In this document: in pieces, positions 27,514 to 31,075 of the stretch
How the letters are laid out: each line of letters opens with the position of its first letter
Numbering within the stretch: the stretch's first letter is position 1
Assembly (NCBI GenBank): GCA_964016885.1
Contig: CAXHJY010000265.1
Location: 1-31,075 of the forward strand
Direction: 5' to 3'
Source of the DNA: Eledone cirrhosa
Taxonomy: Eukaryota
Length of the DNA: 31,075 nt
Position numbers and translations under genes: made by a program
Notes under the pieces: generated by a model
What the model was told of the DNA's origin: nothing
The model's input: only the letters and a program-made list of their open reading frames with translations
Databases searched by the model: none

Positions 27514-27736
27514 TCCTTTGTCAGTGTTGAACAAACGAGCAACGATGGTTGCTAGACACTACGGCTTAATACGGGATGTTTGTTTACAAACACACCGAGC
27601 ATTATAATAAATGTTTGGTGAATTCATACGTACATATATATATATGTGTACATGTATGTATATATATATACATACTACTGTACGTCTGTATACATATATG
27701 TATGTACGTGTACATACTAATATATATATATATATT

Positions 27737-27775
<39 letters not shown>

Positions 27776-27797
27776 TTATGTATATATATGTATATAT

Positions 27798-27892
27798 ATT
27801 TATTAAAATAACAGATTAAAGTTTAAGTAAAGAATCGCTGCTTATCCTTATCGAGCCCTCTTTGGATTTTAGTCTTCACATTTATTATTATT
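27798..27892. mobile_element. Family B fragment with non-overlapping inversion
   Basis: 27798-27843 matches 5667-5712; 27843-27892 matches the reverse complement of 5581-5630. Confidence 0.75.
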
Positions 27893-27906
27893 ACTATTAT
27901 TATTAT

Positions 27907-27957
<51 letters not shown>

Positions 27958-28020
27958 TACACATATATATATATATACATATATATACATATATATACAT
28001 ATATATCCTCAATCTATCTT

Positions 28021-28150
28021 GTTTCTCATTCTTTCTTCTGACGAAGGACTTGCCTCCGAAACTTTAAGACCCTCTTCCTGCTATATCAAGCGTTAACCTA
28101 ATATATCCCTTCCATATACTGTACCGATTGTGTTGTTATTTCTGTTTACC

Positions 28151-28157
<7 letters not shown>
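28021..28157 (+). mobile_element. Family I short repeat with minimal HHR-like motif
   Basis: TCTT-CTGACGA-A-GGA cttgcc TCC-GAAA-CT-TT-AAGA (28034-28069); second copy on the minus strand at 30623-30760. Confidence 0.6.
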
Positions 28158-28246
<89 letters not shown>

Positions 28247-28909
28247 GTATTATATTAATAGTAATGATAATATTTATGCGAGTAAATAATAGGTTTTACT
28301 CATTTACTTGGTGTATTTTAGCTCAATCTATGGTAGGATCAAGCAGAGCCAAGCAGAGCCAATATATGATTATACTGTACTTACAAATCAAAATTAAAAG
28401 TTTAAGACATTAATTACTAGCAATTTTTTCTCCCCGTAGGAATATACCTTCAACAACAAAACAGTAAATTATTTTATTCAACAATTTGCTATTAGCACAA
28501 ACCACAGGAATCATCAGAGTTTATTAAAGCATAAACGATTAAAATAATATTAAGACAAATTACTCAAGAACAAAAGATCATGTATATCACTTATCGAATT
28601 AAATAGCAGGTCAACTTAAAAGGGTATCAGATGTATTACAACACTTAAATGTTATTTGAAAGAGTAGTAACTTTCCGATTATGAATTGAAAGTTGTATAT
28701 CAAAGCAATATTCATGGCTTGTAGAAGAAATGCATCGAATTGAACAGAGTTAAAATTAAAACGTATATTTTAATTATAGTAAATGATGCATGCACAGAAC
28801 TGTACTTTCTTTTCAGATAGAACAACTTTCCTCTCAGGGGCTCAAATTTGGCTGTGGCGACCAGAAACTGAACAATATTCAGGTTTTACTTCAGCGTAAC
28901 CCTTTTCTC

Positions 28910-29060
28910 GTCGTATTGGTATTAGAAAGTCGAATAATCTACTTTGCAGTATTTGTTCCGGCTCTCTGCGCTTTGAGTTTAATACTCATCGAAGTCAAAT
29001 TTGCCTCTCATTGTTTCGAGGTCGATTAAAACGTACCGTTTTAGTATTGGGGTCGATTCT
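28910..29060 (+). mobile_element. Degenerate Deu/Nin-type SINE
   Basis: TTTGAGTTTAATAC..AATTTGCCTCTCAT..TTCGAGGTCGATTAAAA..GGGGTCGATT. Confidence 0.65.
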
Positions 29061-29311
29061 TCCTATATATCTCTTCCTCACCCTCTATCTCCCTTTCTGG
29101 AAAAAAAACGACTGTCCTTAGACCAGAAGAGAAGATGAACTCGCTCAAGTTTAAAATGCCTACGTCACACTGCATATTCATACAGCGCCTCTACGACTAC
29201 ATCGGAAGTTACGGGTTCAGACATACATACAACTTTTTTCCAGGCAGTTGTTCGGTACTCGGAGTAAACTTCTAAATAAACGTTAAGCATTTGGAGCACC
29301 CTTCTTCTAGA

Positions 29312-29594
29312 CCACACCTTTTCAATGTGGGTACGTGAACCCCTGGGGTCACGCGTGCAATGGAGAATTTATTTTTATATTCTAGCCTTTGGATCATTAT
29401 TTGCTGATTAATGCAATCTTTCCTGCTAAAGATCAATAAAATTTTTTTTTATACATCTTGTCTTTCGTAGCGAAAATCGCCAATAATTGGTTTAACCAAA
29501 AATGTGCGAGGTCCCTTAGGCAAAACATTAGCACGAATTTCTTTTACCAAATGGGGGAGGGGATTCATTGTTTAAAAGGTTTTTGAAGGCATGT
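29312..29594. mobile_element. Possible degenerate hAT-like MITE
   Basis: CACACCTTTTCAA..GAACCCCTGGGGTC left end and GGGGATTCATTG..AAAAGGTTTTTGAAGGCATG right end resemble Charlie-type termini; TSD not seen. Confidence 0.3.
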
Positions 29595-29779
29595 TTTAAC
29601 TTGTTCTGTCGTCTATAGTCTCCCTACTATGTTCAGATCGGTACTACAAACTGTAATTATCATTTATGATAGAAGACGAAGTCATATCTGGTCACTTCAC
29701 ACACAATATCGTTATACATAGACATTTTCTCTATTTGGAGGCTTTTTATCCGATCTGTTCATCTTTTACATGCGAAACC

Positions 29780-30022
29780 TCTACCATTATTACCATATCA
29801 ACCATCACCACTACCAGCAACATTACCAAGATGGTGGTGGTGGAGATGATGATGATGATGCTATTGTGATCGCCAGTGCTCTCGTCATCAACCACTACCA
29901 ACTAGATTATTGCGATTATCCTTCTTCGCCATAACCACCACTACCAACATCTTCATCATTACTATCGTCACCACCCCCATTTACATTATCATCATCATCA
30001 TCATGATCATCATCATTACTAT
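29780..30022. repeat. Degenerate (CAT/CAC)n trinucleotide region
   Basis: Direct reading. Confidence 0.8.
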
Positions 30023-30304
30023 CTTAGATAACTGAAAGCATCTGTAGATTCGTACTCGAGTATCAATGATAGTAGTGTTTATATTAGTCGAAGCAAAGCT
30101 CACTATTTCTTGTTTGTATGATAAAAGTACATAACGTTGCTGTTGTTATTGGTGGTGGCAATGATGGAGGTTGTTGTTGTTGTGATATTGTTGTTGATGT
30201 TGCTGTTATTTTGGTTCTCGCTCTTGCCAATCTAAAATCTTTTTATTGTTTGTAAATCTTTCATGTAGTATTTTTCATTCACTCATCTTTGCCAACCCCT
30301 GATT

Positions 30305-30605
30305 CATGTTACTGTACCTCCGTCGGTTCCCACGACCACTATTCCACTTGTTTGATTAACAGAACAGCCTGCTAGTGAAATTAACATGCAGAAGACTGAG
30401 TATTTCACAGACACGTGTATCATTAACGCCTTCTCAGAGAGATTCAGCATGTCAGAGTATGTAACACAGTTGGCCCTTTGAAATGCAGGTACAAAATTTT
30501 CCCAGCTGAGTGGACTGGAGTAACGTGAAATAAAGTGTCTTGCTCAACGACACAACGTACCGTTCGGTCAGAGAATCGAAATTACGCCTTCATGAATCAC
30601 GAGGC
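30305..30605 (-). mobile_element. tRNA-derived SINE with CORE-like domain
   Basis: CCAGCTGAGTGGACTGGAGTAACGTGAAATAAAGTGTCTTGCTCAA is the reverse complement of the domain at 18540 and 20265. Confidence 0.8.
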
Positions 30606-30622
30606 AAATTGTTTATTTTGTA

Positions 30623-30760
30623 TGTAAAAGGTAAACAGAAATAGCAAAAATAACAAAACAAACTGCACAGTACATGGAAGGAATATATTAGTTTAACGCT
30701 TGAAAATAGCAAGAAGAGAGTCCTAACGTTTAGTCCTTCATCAGAAGAAAGAATGAGAAA
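30623..30760 (-). mobile_element. Family I copy with deletion in HHR stem II
   Basis: Minus strand TTCTT-CTGATGAAGGACT[del]AAACGTTAGGA; remainder aligns with 28021-28157. Confidence 0.65.
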
Positions 30761-31075
30761 TTAAAGAAGAAATAGAAAGACTGAAGAGACGGGCAGGGCG
30801 GAAAAGCATTTTTTAGAGAAAAATAACATTCATATTGCCATCTCTTGGAGAACTGTTGATGCTGGCGTCTTAAAGTTGTTCTATCTCCCCAGCCGCATAA
30901 AACCCGCTAATGTCCACTTTGCCTTTTATCTTTACTGCGTCGTTAAATAAACGGTCAGTCAAACTACTACTGATATCATTTCTTTTATTCTTTTCCCAAC
31001 TCCCTATCGGCCCATAGCTCACCCTTACACTTTTAAGCTTCTTGTCCCCCCCTCTCTCTCTCTCTCTCTCTCTCT

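Overview
AT-rich, repeat-saturated eukaryotic intergenic or intronic DNA. The tRNA-derived SINE repertoire and very long (TA)n tracts suggest an octopus or other coleoid cephalopod (inference). No intact host gene is visible, and almost all ORFs in the supplied track are microsatellite artefacts. Recognisable content: many Deu/Nin-domain and CORE-like SINEs, three non-autonomous Helitrons, piggyBac, Tigger/pogo and mariner-type MITEs, two RTE-clade LINE fragments and a CRE-clade restriction-like-endonuclease fragment. The main signal is a dense set of short non-coding elements from at least 7 unrelated families, mostly embedded in (TA)n microsatellites. They carry type I hammerhead ribozyme (HHR) motifs (about 12 well-formed cores plus degenerate ones). 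Most share one architecture: (TA)n - inverted segment - direct segment - unique 3' tail - (TA)n, as in Penelope-like element (PLE) pseudo-LTRs. One family forms head-to-tail ~420-bp monomers with one minimal HHR each (26281-27718), i.e. a retrozyme-like candidate for a self-cleaving circular RNA. A 690-bp near-perfect palindrome centred on (TA)n is also present.
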